Shown here one piece after another: positions 20,324 through 29,570 of a stretch of 64,000 nt of DNA. The notes under the pieces were generated by a model. That model was not told the origin of the DNA, made no database searches, and was given only the letters and a program-made list of their open reading frames with translations. This DNA comes from an uncultured Gammaproteobacteria bacterium (GTDB taxonomy: Bacteria; Pseudomonadota; Gammaproteobacteria; UBA9214), in assembly GCA_963748215.1 (NCBI GenBank), contig CAVVHS010000006.1, forward strand, positions 736,001 to 800,000, read 5' to 3'. The first letter of the stretch is position 1. The number at the start of each line of letters is the position of its first letter. Made by a program: the position numbers and the translations under genes.

Positions 20324-22246
20324 ATGAAGAACATATATAAGATACTTGGCCTGACTGCCTTGTGCATGGGAGCGACAGCACCAGCAAACGCAGCCGTACT
20401 GACCAACGTCGGCGGCGAGGTCGAACGCATCATCGTCGACAATCCCACCGATCGCTGGTCACGCGGCACTATCGTGGTCAGCGGACGCAACATCATCATC
20501 CCGGCCAACATGGTCATCGACCTGCCGGCCAACCGCCTGACGCTGCAGGAACTGTTTGTCAATGCGCCTTCGGCCTGCGCCGCCGACGTCAACCCCGCCG
20601 ACGGCATCCCGGACGAGACCGGACTGGCCAAGGGCGACCGCTGTAACAAAAGCGGCACCGGCGCCGCGGTTACCATGCTGGGTAACAAGACCAATGCGGG
20701 CGACCTGATTGCCGGCGATGTCTTCCTGGAGAAAGCGGCGGAAATCGTGTCCGGTGTCGTGAACTTCGTCAACTACGACGAAGGTTATTTCCGCGTCAAC
20801 GGCATAGACGGCGACGACACCACTGGCGCCATGATCCGCGTCAATGATCCGGAAGGACGGCATACGCACCAGGTCGGTGCGGGCTGTGCCGGCAGCGGAC
20901 CGAACTGCAGCGCCGATACCCGCTACGGGGTGGACCCGGACAACTACACCTTCACCGCCAGCACCGGTTACCCGATGTGTATCCCCAGCACAGTGCCACG
21001 CGGTCCCTTCGACTTCGATGTGAACCGTAATGGCACCATTGAACCCGGTCTACCTGAAACTGGCATCACAGCCGTCGCCGCAGCCGGTGGCACGGGCGAT
21101 GCCCTGTGCCCTCAGACCAATCGGCCCGGGACTTTTGTACCTGGTGACTCACGGCTGTTTGCCCCCGTCAAGATCGGTGATCACCTGACGGCGGAAGGTA
21201 ACTTCGAGACCATCGGCGGCGTGACCTTCCTGTCGGCGCACACCGTGGGCATCAGTGTGGGCCTGTCCACCACCGCCGATCCCTTCCAGCCTGACTATAT
21301 GGTCTTCGATGAAGTCGGTTGGGATATTCCCGGCTTCCAGAACCAGCGCGTGCGCGACCTGCTGATTGCCTTCGGCAGCCTGGGAACGAGCCACATCGAT
21401 ATCTTTGGCCTGTACTACGACCCGGCGAACAACGCGGTCGAGGAACTGGTATTCGCTACCACCTTCGGCTGTGACGTGGCGGCCGGTGCAGGTACCTGCA
21501 CCGCCCAGGGCCTGGTGGGCAATCCCAACGTGTTCAAGATTGTGCATGACGTGGACTTCATCAATGGCGTACCGATTCAGGCCAGACGCTCCCCCTGTCA
21601 GCACCTGAATGCGGCCTATGCCAACGGCGGTATACCTATATTTAATCCCGATGGCACCACCACCTTTATCACCGCAGACCCCAAGGGCCGCTGCACGGGC
21701 GCCATCACCCTGGCGGATGAGTTTGAAGTCCTGAGCCCGCCATCGCGTGACCTCATCGGGCGCAGCCGTCACAAGCATGAGCTGCACCCCAGCGTTGTCA
21801 CGCTGGACTTCCACGGCACACCCTCGCAGAACGGCGAATACCTGAACCCGGTCGGGCTCGGTCATCCGGAGTTTGTCGAGATCAACCTGAACGCGCTGGA
21901 CACGGCCTACATCTTTGCCGGCGCACCCTGGAACCTGGACCGTCGTCTGGGACCGGGTGGCGGCTGCGACGGTGAGCCGAGCTGTGAAACGGCTATAGCA
22001 ATCGGCGATGCCAGCATGGTCCTGAATCCGTTCCCGTTCTCCGATCTGGATCCGGGTACCCAGGCGGGCCCACCAGGACTTGGTGGGGTACCGATCGTGA
22101 CGCCGCTGCATAACACGCAACGCGGACGCACCCTGTCGTACTGGCCACTGGCTGGCGAGGAATTGCCCTGGCCGCCGACCGATCCGGTCGCCCAGGGCAT
22201 CGTGCCCACCGACCATGTCACTAATCTTCTGTGCACAGCACCGTAG
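20324..22246 (+). CDS. Secreted uncharacterised Cys-rich protein, family B, untagged copy
   Basis: RBS GAGGA, signal peptide (ANA-A), motifs GGEVERIIVDNP.DRWSRG, VIDLPANRLTLQELF, RVNDPEGR, DPDNYTFTASTGYPMCIPS. Confidence 0.88.
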   Translation: MKNIYKILGLTALCMGATAPANAAVLTNVGGEVERIIVDNPTDRWSRGTIVVSGRNIIIPANMVIDLPANRLTLQELFVNAPSACAADVNPADGIPDETGLAKGDRCNKSGTGAAVTMLGNKTNAGDLIAGDVFLEKAAEIVSGVVNFVNYDEGYFRVNGIDGDDTTGAMIRVNDPEGRHTHQVGAGCAGSGPNCSADTRYGVDPDNYTFTASTGYPMCIPSTVPRGPFDFDVNRNGTIEPGLPETGITAVAAAGGTGDALCPQTNRPGTFVPGDSRLFAPVKIGDHLTAEGNFETIGGVTFLSAHTVGISVGLSTTADPFQPDYMVFDEVGWDIPGFQNQRVRDLLIAFGSLGTSHIDIFGLYYDPANNAVEELVFATTFGCDVAAGAGTCTAQGLVGNPNVFKIVHDVDFINGVPIQARRSPCQHLNAAYANGGIPIFNPDGTTTFITADPKGRCTGAITLADEFEVLSPPSRDLIGRSRHKHELHPSVVTLDFHGTPSQNGEYLNPVGLGHPEFVEINLNALDTAYIFAGAPWNLDRRLGPGGGCDGEPSCETAIAIGDASMVLNPFPFSDLDPGTQAGPPGLGGVPIVTPLHNTQRGRTLSYWPLAGEELPWPPTDPVAQGIVPTDHVTNLLCTAP

Positions 22247-22257
22247 TGGAGAAAATC

Positions 22258-24519
22258 ATGAAAACTATAGACAAGATAAAAGCCAATACGTGTGTATCCG
22301 GATTACCGGAGTTACCCGTGTTCAGGAAGACAGCGGTTGGTGCTGCGATACTCGGTGCACTGATCATGATGACGCACAGTTCCATAGCATCAGCAGCGGT
22401 GAGTATCCCTATCGGTGGTGAAGTCGAACGCATCATCGTCGATAATCCCACCGACCGCTGGTCGCGTGGCACCATGGTGGTGGGTGGCGCCAATGTCATC
22501 ATTCCGGCCAATATGGTCATCGACCTGCCGGCCAATCGGCTGACGCTGCAGGAATTATTCGTCAATGCCCCTTCGGCCTGCGCCGCCATCGACGCCAATG
22601 GCGACAGCATTCCGGATCAGACCGGTCTGGCCAAGGCCGACAGCTGCAACGGCAGCTTTACCGGGGCCACGGTGACGATGCTCGCCAATCGCACCAATAA
22701 CGGTGACCTCGTCGCGGGTGAGATAATGCTCGAGAAGGCCACCGAGCTCGTCAGTGGCATCGTGACCTTCATCAATTACAATGATGGCTACTTCCGCGTC
22801 GACGGCATCCCGGGTGATGACACCACGGGTGCGATGGTACGTGTCAACGACCCGGAAGGGCGTTTTACGCACCAGGCTGGCGCGGGCTGTGCGGGCAGCG
22901 GACCGAACTGCAGCGCCGATACGCGCTACGGAGTGGATCCGGACAACTACACCTTCACCGCCAGCACCGGCTACCCGATGTGTATCCCCAGCACAGTGCC
23001 ACGCGGTCCCTTCGACTTTGACATCAATCGCGATGGTGACACGGCCGACGCCGGTGAAACCGGTATCGTGGCAGTGGCCACAGGTACGGGTACGGGCGAT
23101 GCCCTGTGTCCCACGGGCAACCGGGGCGTCGATCCGGTTGGCGATTCGAGACTGTTCGCTCCGATCCAGCTGAACGATCATGTCAATGCAGATGGCAACT
23201 TCGAAACCATCGACGGCGTGACCTTCCTGTCGGCGCACACCGTGGGTGTCAGCGTGGGTCTGACCACGGATGACACGGCCTTCCAGCCGGACTACATGAT
23301 CTTTGATGAAGTGGGTTGGGACATACCGGGTTTCCAGAACCAGCGCGTCCGCGACCTGCTGATCGCCTTCGGCACACTGGGAACAACCCAGATCGATGTC
23401 TTTGGTCTCTATTACGACCCGGCGAACAACGCCGTCGAGGAACTGGTGTTTGCCACCACCTTCGGTTGTGAAGTGGCGGCCGGTGCGGGTACCTGCACCA
23501 ACCAGGGCATTGTCGGCAACACCGCGGTGTACAAGATCGTGCACGATGTGGACTTCATCAATGGCGTACCGATTGGTGCGCGTCAGTCTCCCTGCGCGCA
23601 TCTGAATGCGGCCTATACCAACGGCGGTATCCCGGATGTCAACGGCACCTTCGTAACCGTTGATCCCAAGGGTCGCTGTACGGGCGCCATTACCCTGGCG
23701 GATGAGTTTGAAGTCCTGAGCCCGCCATCGCGTGACCTCATCGGACGCAGCCGCCACAAGCATGCGCTGGATCCGAGCGTGGTCACGCTGGACTTCCACG
23801 CACAGCCCTCGCAGAACGGTGAATATCTGAACCCGGTCGGGCTCGGTCATCCGGAGTTTGTCGAGATCAACCTGAACGCGCTGCAGACACCGTACATCTT
23901 CTCAGGCGCGCCCTGGAACCTGGACCGTCGTCTGGGACCGGGTGGCGGCTGCGACGGTGAGACGAGCTGTGAAACGGCTATCGCAATCGGCGATGCCAGC
24001 ATGGTCCTGAATCCGTTCCCGTTCTCCGATCTGGATCCGGGCACCCAGGCAGGTCCTGCAGGAATTGGCGGGGTACCGATTGTAACGCCGCTGCATAACA
24101 CGCAACGCGGACGGACCCTGTCGTACTGGCCATTGGCTGGCGAGGAATTGCCCTGGCCACCTACCGACCCGGCCGCGCAGGGCATTACACCGACCCAGCA
24201 TGCCGGCCTGATCTGCACGCTGCTCAGCGGCATCGATACGGACAGTGATACCGTGGACGATGCCATCGACAACTGCACACTGGTTGCCAACGCCGACCAG
24301 CGTGATACCAACGGCGATGGTTTCGGCAATGTCTGCGATGCGGACTTTAACAACAATGGCATCGTGGACCCGACCGATTTCACATCCATCAAGGCTGCAA
24401 TAGGCACGGTCAACCCGGATCGTGACCTGAATGGCAACGGTATTGTGGATCCAACCGATTTCACCTTTACCAAGGCCCATATCGGGCAGGCTCCGGGTCC
24501 CTCGGGACTCAACCCGTAG
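22258..24519 (+). CDS. Secreted family B protein with C-terminal TSP3/dockerin-like module
   Basis: Tandem paralogue of 20324..22246; RBS GGAGA before ATG 22258; C-terminal module. Confidence 0.88.
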   Translation: MKTIDKIKANTCVSGLPELPVFRKTAVGAAILGALIMMTHSSIASAAVSIPIGGEVERIIVDNPTDRWSRGTMVVGGANVIIPANMVIDLPANRLTLQELFVNAPSACAAIDANGDSIPDQTGLAKADSCNGSFTGATVTMLANRTNNGDLVAGEIMLEKATELVSGIVTFINYNDGYFRVDGIPGDDTTGAMVRVNDPEGRFTHQAGAGCAGSGPNCSADTRYGVDPDNYTFTASTGYPMCIPSTVPRGPFDFDINRDGDTADAGETGIVAVATGTGTGDALCPTGNRGVDPVGDSRLFAPIQLNDHVNADGNFETIDGVTFLSAHTVGVSVGLTTDDTAFQPDYMIFDEVGWDIPGFQNQRVRDLLIAFGTLGTTQIDVFGLYYDPANNAVEELVFATTFGCEVAAGAGTCTNQGIVGNTAVYKIVHDVDFINGVPIGARQSPCAHLNAAYTNGGIPDVNGTFVTVDPKGRCTGAITLADEFEVLSPPSRDLIGRSRHKHALDPSVVTLDFHAQPSQNGEYLNPVGLGHPEFVEINLNALQTPYIFSGAPWNLDRRLGPGGGCDGETSCETAIAIGDASMVLNPFPFSDLDPGTQAGPAGIGGVPIVTPLHNTQRGRTLSYWPLAGEELPWPPTDPAAQGITPTQHAGLICTLLSGIDTDSDTVDDAIDNCTLVANADQRDTNGDGFGNVCDADFNNNGIVDPTDFTSIKAAIGTVNPDRDLNGNGIVDPTDFTFTKAHIGQAPGPSGLNP
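24232..24519 (+). repeat. TSP3 + dockerin-like module, copy 4
   Basis: 24267..24535 is nearly identical at DNA level to 11146..11414. Confidence 0.88.
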
Positions 24520-24537
24520 CCGCGGTCAGACAGCACA

Positions 24538-24578
24538 GGTGCAGGTCGATGGTGGAGATTGATCCATCGACCTGCACC
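24538..24578 (+). repeat. Conserved intergenic hairpin, copy c
   Basis: GGTGCAGGTCGATGG...CCATCGACCTGCACC, 15-bp perfect stem. Confidence 0.8.
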
Positions 24579-24767
24579 ATCCGATGGGGAACAACACCCG
24601 GCGATCCAGAAACAGCCTGACCGGGAGAGACAAGACCCAAAACACACTTTTTTGTGCCTGATAGCCACTCTCTTTCGTCATCTCATTGCCTTATGTGACT
24701 CCACCGCAGCCCGGTGAGAAATACGCGCTGGTATTCCATCGACGTCAACCCCGAACGCGACACACCG

Positions 24768-26945
24768 TTGGCGCTGCCATGCTCAGCATACTGATGCTAG
24801 CGGCCTACAGTGGCTAGACATAGGCTGCGATGCAGAACAACCTCGGCGGTGAAGTCGAACGCATTATTGTCGACAACCCGCTCGATCGCTGGTCGCGCGG
24901 CACCATCGTGGTATCCGGCCAGAACATCATCGTTCCACGTAACTTTGTGATTGATCTGCCTGCCAACCGCCAGACCATTCAGGAACTGTTCACCAACAGG
25001 CCGTCGGCCTGCCCGCCCGGCGAGACCGGGCTGGCCAAGGCCGACAGCTGCAACCACAGCTTTACCGGCGCCACAGCGACTATCCTGGCCAACAAGACCA
25101 ATAATGGTGATGTCATCGCCGGTGAAATCATGCTCGAAAAGGCCACTGAGCTGGTCAGCGGTATTGTGTCGTTCATCAATTACGATGACGGCTACTTCCG
25201 TGTCGACGGCATCGTCGGCGATGACACAACTGGCGCAATGGTGCGCGTGAATGACCCGGAAGGGCGTTTCACCCACCAGCAGGGCGCGGGCTGTCTCGGC
25301 AGCGGGCCGAACTGCAGTGCCGACGTGCGCTACGGCGTGGACCCGGATAACTATACATTCACGGCTGCCACCGGCTACCCGATGTGTATCCCGAGCACGG
25401 TGGCGCGCGGTCCGTTTGACTTCGACACCAACCGCAACGGCGTGATTGATGCTGGAGAATCTGGCCTCACGGCACAGGCCGCAGCAAACGGCACGGGCGA
25501 TATACTGTGTCCACAGACCAACCGCGGCGTCGACCCTGTCGGCGATTCGCGGCTGTTCGCGCCGATCCAGGTGGGTGACCACGTCAACGCCGAGGGTAAC
25601 TTCGAATCCATCGACGGCGTGACCTTCCTGTCGTCGCATACCGTGGGCGTCAGCGTGGGTCTGACCACGGATGACACCGCCTTCCAGCCCGACTACATGA
25701 TCTTCGACGAAGTCGGCTGGGACGTGCCGGGTTTCCAGAACCAGCGCGTGCGCGACCTGTTCATCTCATTCGGCACCCTGGGCACAACCAGCATTGACAT
25801 CTTCGGGCTTTATTACGACCCGGCGAACAACGCCGTCGAAGAACTGGTCATCGCGACCACAGCCGGTTGTGAAATAGCGGCCGGTGCGGGAACCTGTAGC
25901 AACGTGGCCCTGGTCGGCAACACTGCGGTGTTCAAGATCGTGCACGACGTGGACTTTCTCGCCGGCACGGATCCCAGACGTTCTCCCTGTGCGCATCTGC
26001 AGGCGGCCTACGCCAACGGCGGTATTCCACAGGCCGACCACTCAATCGATCTCGCGGATCCCAAGGGCCGTTGCCGACACCATTTGCCGGGACCGGTGTC
26101 ACGGCCCAGGAGTTCGAAGTGCTGAGCCCGCCGACGCGCGACATCATCGGCCGCAGCCGGCACAAGCATGCACTCGATCCGAGCGTGGTCACACTGGATT
26201 TCCACGCTACACCTGCGCAGAACGGTGAGTACCTGAACCCTACCGGCATCGGTCACCCGGAATTCGTCGAGATTAACCTGGCAGCGTTGCAGACGCCGTT
26301 AATTTTACCGGCGAACCGTGGAACATGGACCGGCGACTGGGACCGGGTGGCGGTTGTGACGGTGAGCCGGAATGCGAGACCGATATTTCTGTCGCTACCG
26401 GGATTCCCATAGGCGATCCGAGCATGAACCTGGACCCGTTCCCGTTCTCCGACCTGGATCCGGGAACCCAGAACAATGCGGCTGCCGCTCCTACTCCGGT
26501 AGTATCGCGGCTGGGTCATACCACGCAGCGTGGACGCACCCTGTCTCACTGGCCGCTCTTAGGTCAGGAAATGGCCTGGCCACCGGCCGATCCAGCGGCG
26601 CAGGGCATTACAGCGACCCAGCACGTCAACCTCCAGTGTGCACTGCTCAGCGGCATCGATTCGGACGGGGATACCATCGACGATGCCATCGACAACTGCA
26701 CCCTGGTTGCCAATCCGAACCAGCGTGATACCAACGGCGATGGGTTCGGCAACATGTGCGATGCGGATTTCAACAACAACGGTTTGGTTGATCCGAGTGA
26801 CTTCTCGTTAATCAAGTCGTTGTTTGGCTCCACCACATCACCGGACCAGGATCTGAACGGCAACGGCATCGTGGATCCAAGCGATTTCTCCAAAGAGAAA
26901 TCACTCTTTGCAACCCAACCGGGCCCCTCGGCACTAGCCCCGTAG
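24768..26945 (+). pseudogene. Third family B copy with dockerin-like tail (module copy 5 at about 26655-26945); 5' end lost, two in-frame TAG codons, two frameshifts
   Basis: Signal-peptide remnant VGAAMLSILMLAAYSG*T*AAMQNNLGGEVER. Frameshifts near 26075 and 26305 join ORFs 24830..26125, 26071..26412 and 26325..26945. Confidence 0.8.
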
Positions 26946-26961
26946 GGGGATGCCGGACAGT

Positions 26962-26995
26962 GCTGGTGCAGGTTGCGTCATCAACCTGCACCAGC
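26962..26995 (+). repeat. Conserved intergenic hairpin, copy d
   Basis: GCTGGTGCAGGTTG...CAACCTGCACCAGC, 14-bp perfect stem. Confidence 0.8.
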
Positions 26996-27092
26996 GATGG
27001 GGAGGCAGGTGAAATCCTGATAAAGGAAAGTCAGTACCGGGCAGCACCAGGGATGGAAGCTGCAGTAGAAACATAACGTAAAGAGGTTGCTT

Positions 27093-28187
27093 ATGCGTGG
27101 TATCCGTTTCATCGCAGGCTTCCGGGGTACCACCGCCGCCGGTCTCCTGCTCTTCACCACACTGTCACTGCTGGCTGCCAGTCCCGCCAGCGCGGCGAAG
27201 CGCGGTGCAGAGTACTTCACCAATACCCCCCTTATCAATCAGGATGGCGAGACGCTGCGCTTCTACGATGACGTCATCAAGGGCAAGGTCGTGTCCATCA
27301 ATTTCATGTTCACCAGCTGTGGCGACTCCTGCCCGCTGGAGACAGCCAAGCTGCGCAAGGTCCAGGAGCTGCTCGGTGAGCACGCCGGCAAAGACGTCTA
27401 CATGTATTCCATCACCGTCGATCCGGAACGCGACAACGCGGCGGCACTCAAGGCCTACATGCAGAAATTCAACGTTGGCCCTGGCTGGCAGTTCCTGACG
27501 GGAAAGAAAGCAGACATCGATCTGATCCGCAAGAAGCTCGGCATGTACACTGAAGGCGAGGATGAACTCAGCGATCACAAAGTCAACTTCGTCGTGGGCA
27601 ATGAGGCGACCGGCCAGTGGTTACGGCGCACGCCGTTTGATTTACCCGAGACACTGAGTTCGGTACTGCTTGGCCGCCTGCAACCGCACCGCCTGGCGTC
27701 GTCAGCGGCCGCAGCGCTACCGAGTTACGCCCGGAGCCATGCCATGCCAGCTGCCCGCCCGGGCGAGGATCTGTTCAATACGCGTTGCACGGCCTGTCAC
27801 ACCATCGGCCAGGGCGACAAACTGGGTCCGGACCTGCTGGGGGTCTTCGCTAAACGGGACCGTCAATGGCTGATCCGCTGGCTGCGGGAACCCGACGTGA
27901 TGCTCAAGGAAAAAGACCCCCTGGCAACAGCACTCTACACCCGGTACAACAATGTACCGATGCCGAACGTGAAGCTGGCCGAAAGGCAGGTGCTGAACCT
28001 GATCGCGTACCTGCAGGCGGAGACCGGGCGCGTGCACGCACTAAACGGGGGTACGCCCGCGCAGACAGACAACCTGGAAAGCATCGTAACGACAGAACCG
28101 GCGGCCGATACAGGCGGGACAACACCCGCGAACAACCCCGCTGCGCAGGCGCGGGCAGGTGCCGCACCGGGCACCGCGGTAGATTAA
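27093..28187 (+). CDS. SCO1/SenC-cytochrome c fusion, paralogue of 14943..16052
   Basis: CGDSC, SDH, CTACH and VPMP motifs; RBS AGAGG before ATG 27093. Confidence 0.92.
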   Translation: MRGIRFIAGFRGTTAAGLLLFTTLSLLAASPASAAKRGAEYFTNTPLINQDGETLRFYDDVIKGKVVSINFMFTSCGDSCPLETAKLRKVQELLGEHAGKDVYMYSITVDPERDNAAALKAYMQKFNVGPGWQFLTGKKADIDLIRKKLGMYTEGEDELSDHKVNFVVGNEATGQWLRRTPFDLPETLSSVLLGRLQPHRLASSAAAALPSYARSHAMPAARPGEDLFNTRCTACHTIGQGDKLGPDLLGVFAKRDRQWLIRWLREPDVMLKEKDPLATALYTRYNNVPMPNVKLAERQVLNLIAYLQAETGRVHALNGGTPAQTDNLESIVTTEPAADTGGTTPANNPAAQARAGAAPGTAVD

Positions 28188-28214
28188 TCAAGTAAGTAAT
28201 TAAGGTTAAGAATA

Positions 28215-28982
28215 ATGAACTGCACAAACACCATGCGAGCCCGTGTACCCGCTATCGCAATGCTCATTTCCCTGCTCCTGCTGAAATCCGGCGCCGCCGG
28301 AGCAATCAGCGTTGGCCAGATCGATACTTTTGAGGACGGCACGCTGCAGGGCTGGCAGATGGGCGTATCCACGGTCACGACGAGCCATATGACAAACATC
28401 GCTGCAGGCGGACCCGCCGGGGCCGGCGACAATTTCCTGCAGGTGGTCGCAGACGGAGCAAATGTTCAGGGCGGAAGGCTGACCTTCTTCAACCGGCTGC
28501 AGTGGACGGGTGATTACACCGCGGCGGGAGTCACCGCGATCGCCATGGACCTGAAAAATATCAGCTCCAGCGAAGTACTGAATCTGCGGCTGGCGATCAA
28601 TGGCGGTACTATCGGCGGGGTGTTTGCCACCGCTGCCAGCCTGAGCCTGGACAGCGGCAGTGGCTGGGCACGGGTCGTGTTTTCAATGCGGCCCGGCGAT
28701 CTTGTCCCCGTCAGTGGCGGCATTGGCGGTAACACCGATGGCATCGATGTCCAGGCAGCGCTGGCCAATGTGCTGGAACTGCGGCTGTTGAACAGCGCAA
28801 CCCCCGATTGGAACGGGCTGCCGGTCACCGCCACCCTCGGTATAGACAACATCCAGGTGGTACCCCTACCACCGGCTTTTGTACTGTTCGGTTCGGGACT
28901 CCTTGCGCTGTGGACGCAGCGGCGCAGACAAGTGCGGCGCACCGACTTCCGCCTGGATCAAAGGGGCTGCATTACCCGGTAA
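28215..28982 (+). CDS. VPLPA-CTERM surface protein, paralogue of 16083..16817
   Basis: Signal peptide; C-terminal VPLPPAFVLFGSGLLALWTQRRR. Confidence 0.85.
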   Translation: MNCTNTMRARVPAIAMLISLLLLKSGAAGAISVGQIDTFEDGTLQGWQMGVSTVTTSHMTNIAAGGPAGAGDNFLQVVADGANVQGGRLTFFNRLQWTGDYTAAGVTAIAMDLKNISSSEVLNLRLAINGGTIGGVFATAASLSLDSGSGWARVVFSMRPGDLVPVSGGIGGNTDGIDVQAALANVLELRLLNSATPDWNGLPVTATLGIDNIQVVPLPPAFVLFGSGLLALWTQRRRQVRRTDFRLDQRGCITR

Positions 28983-29213
28983 AATCCACATAGATTTCCT
29001 GTAAAATTGTCGTAATTTCTTACGCTTTACGCGTTTACGCCGCGCTTTTACCAATCCATTGTAATTATTGATAATTACCAAGGAATGGCTTCGATCGCTG
29101 TTCTTTCCGGTGTCCGTATTCCTTACGGTCGGACCGCGCCCGTGACTCGCCTACACCATCGTCAATATCCCATGCTACTGATTCTTATGCTTTCTTAAGC
29201 ATTCTTAAGTTTC

Positions 29214-29229
29214 TGGCTCAATACTTGCC
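29214..29229 (+). promoter_or_regulatory. sigma54 -24/-12 promoter upstream of the mnxG-like operon
   Basis: TGGCTC-AATAC-TTGCC. Confidence 0.7.
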
Positions 29230-29570
29230 TAAAATCTAGCAAGTCGCTACCAAACTGCCGGTCATCAAGCACCCGCAGCTGGAGCAGTCAACATCACAAC
29301 GACCCAGACGACGGGCAGAAATTGAGTAACGTCGCAAACCTAGGGGGAGATGACGATGCGAAACGCTGCATCGAGGAAGCAGTATTACTGCCTTCGCAAC
29401 GGCACCCTGTTAGGACTGGCTCGTCCAGCCGACCGGCTGACCCGATTACCGACCGGCACACGCAACGATTTTTTCACTTCGATAGCGCTTCACGGTTGCA
29501 CGCTGACCCGGATTCCATACCCAAACCCCCGATTCACACGACACCTCGAGTTATGCGAGGAGGACAACCC

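Noticed and set aside
29322-29570. N-terminal extensions given by the ORF track (29322; also 22231, 49762, 57258 and 11515)
   Set aside because: Downstream ATGs have clear RBSs and place the signal peptide near the N-terminus.
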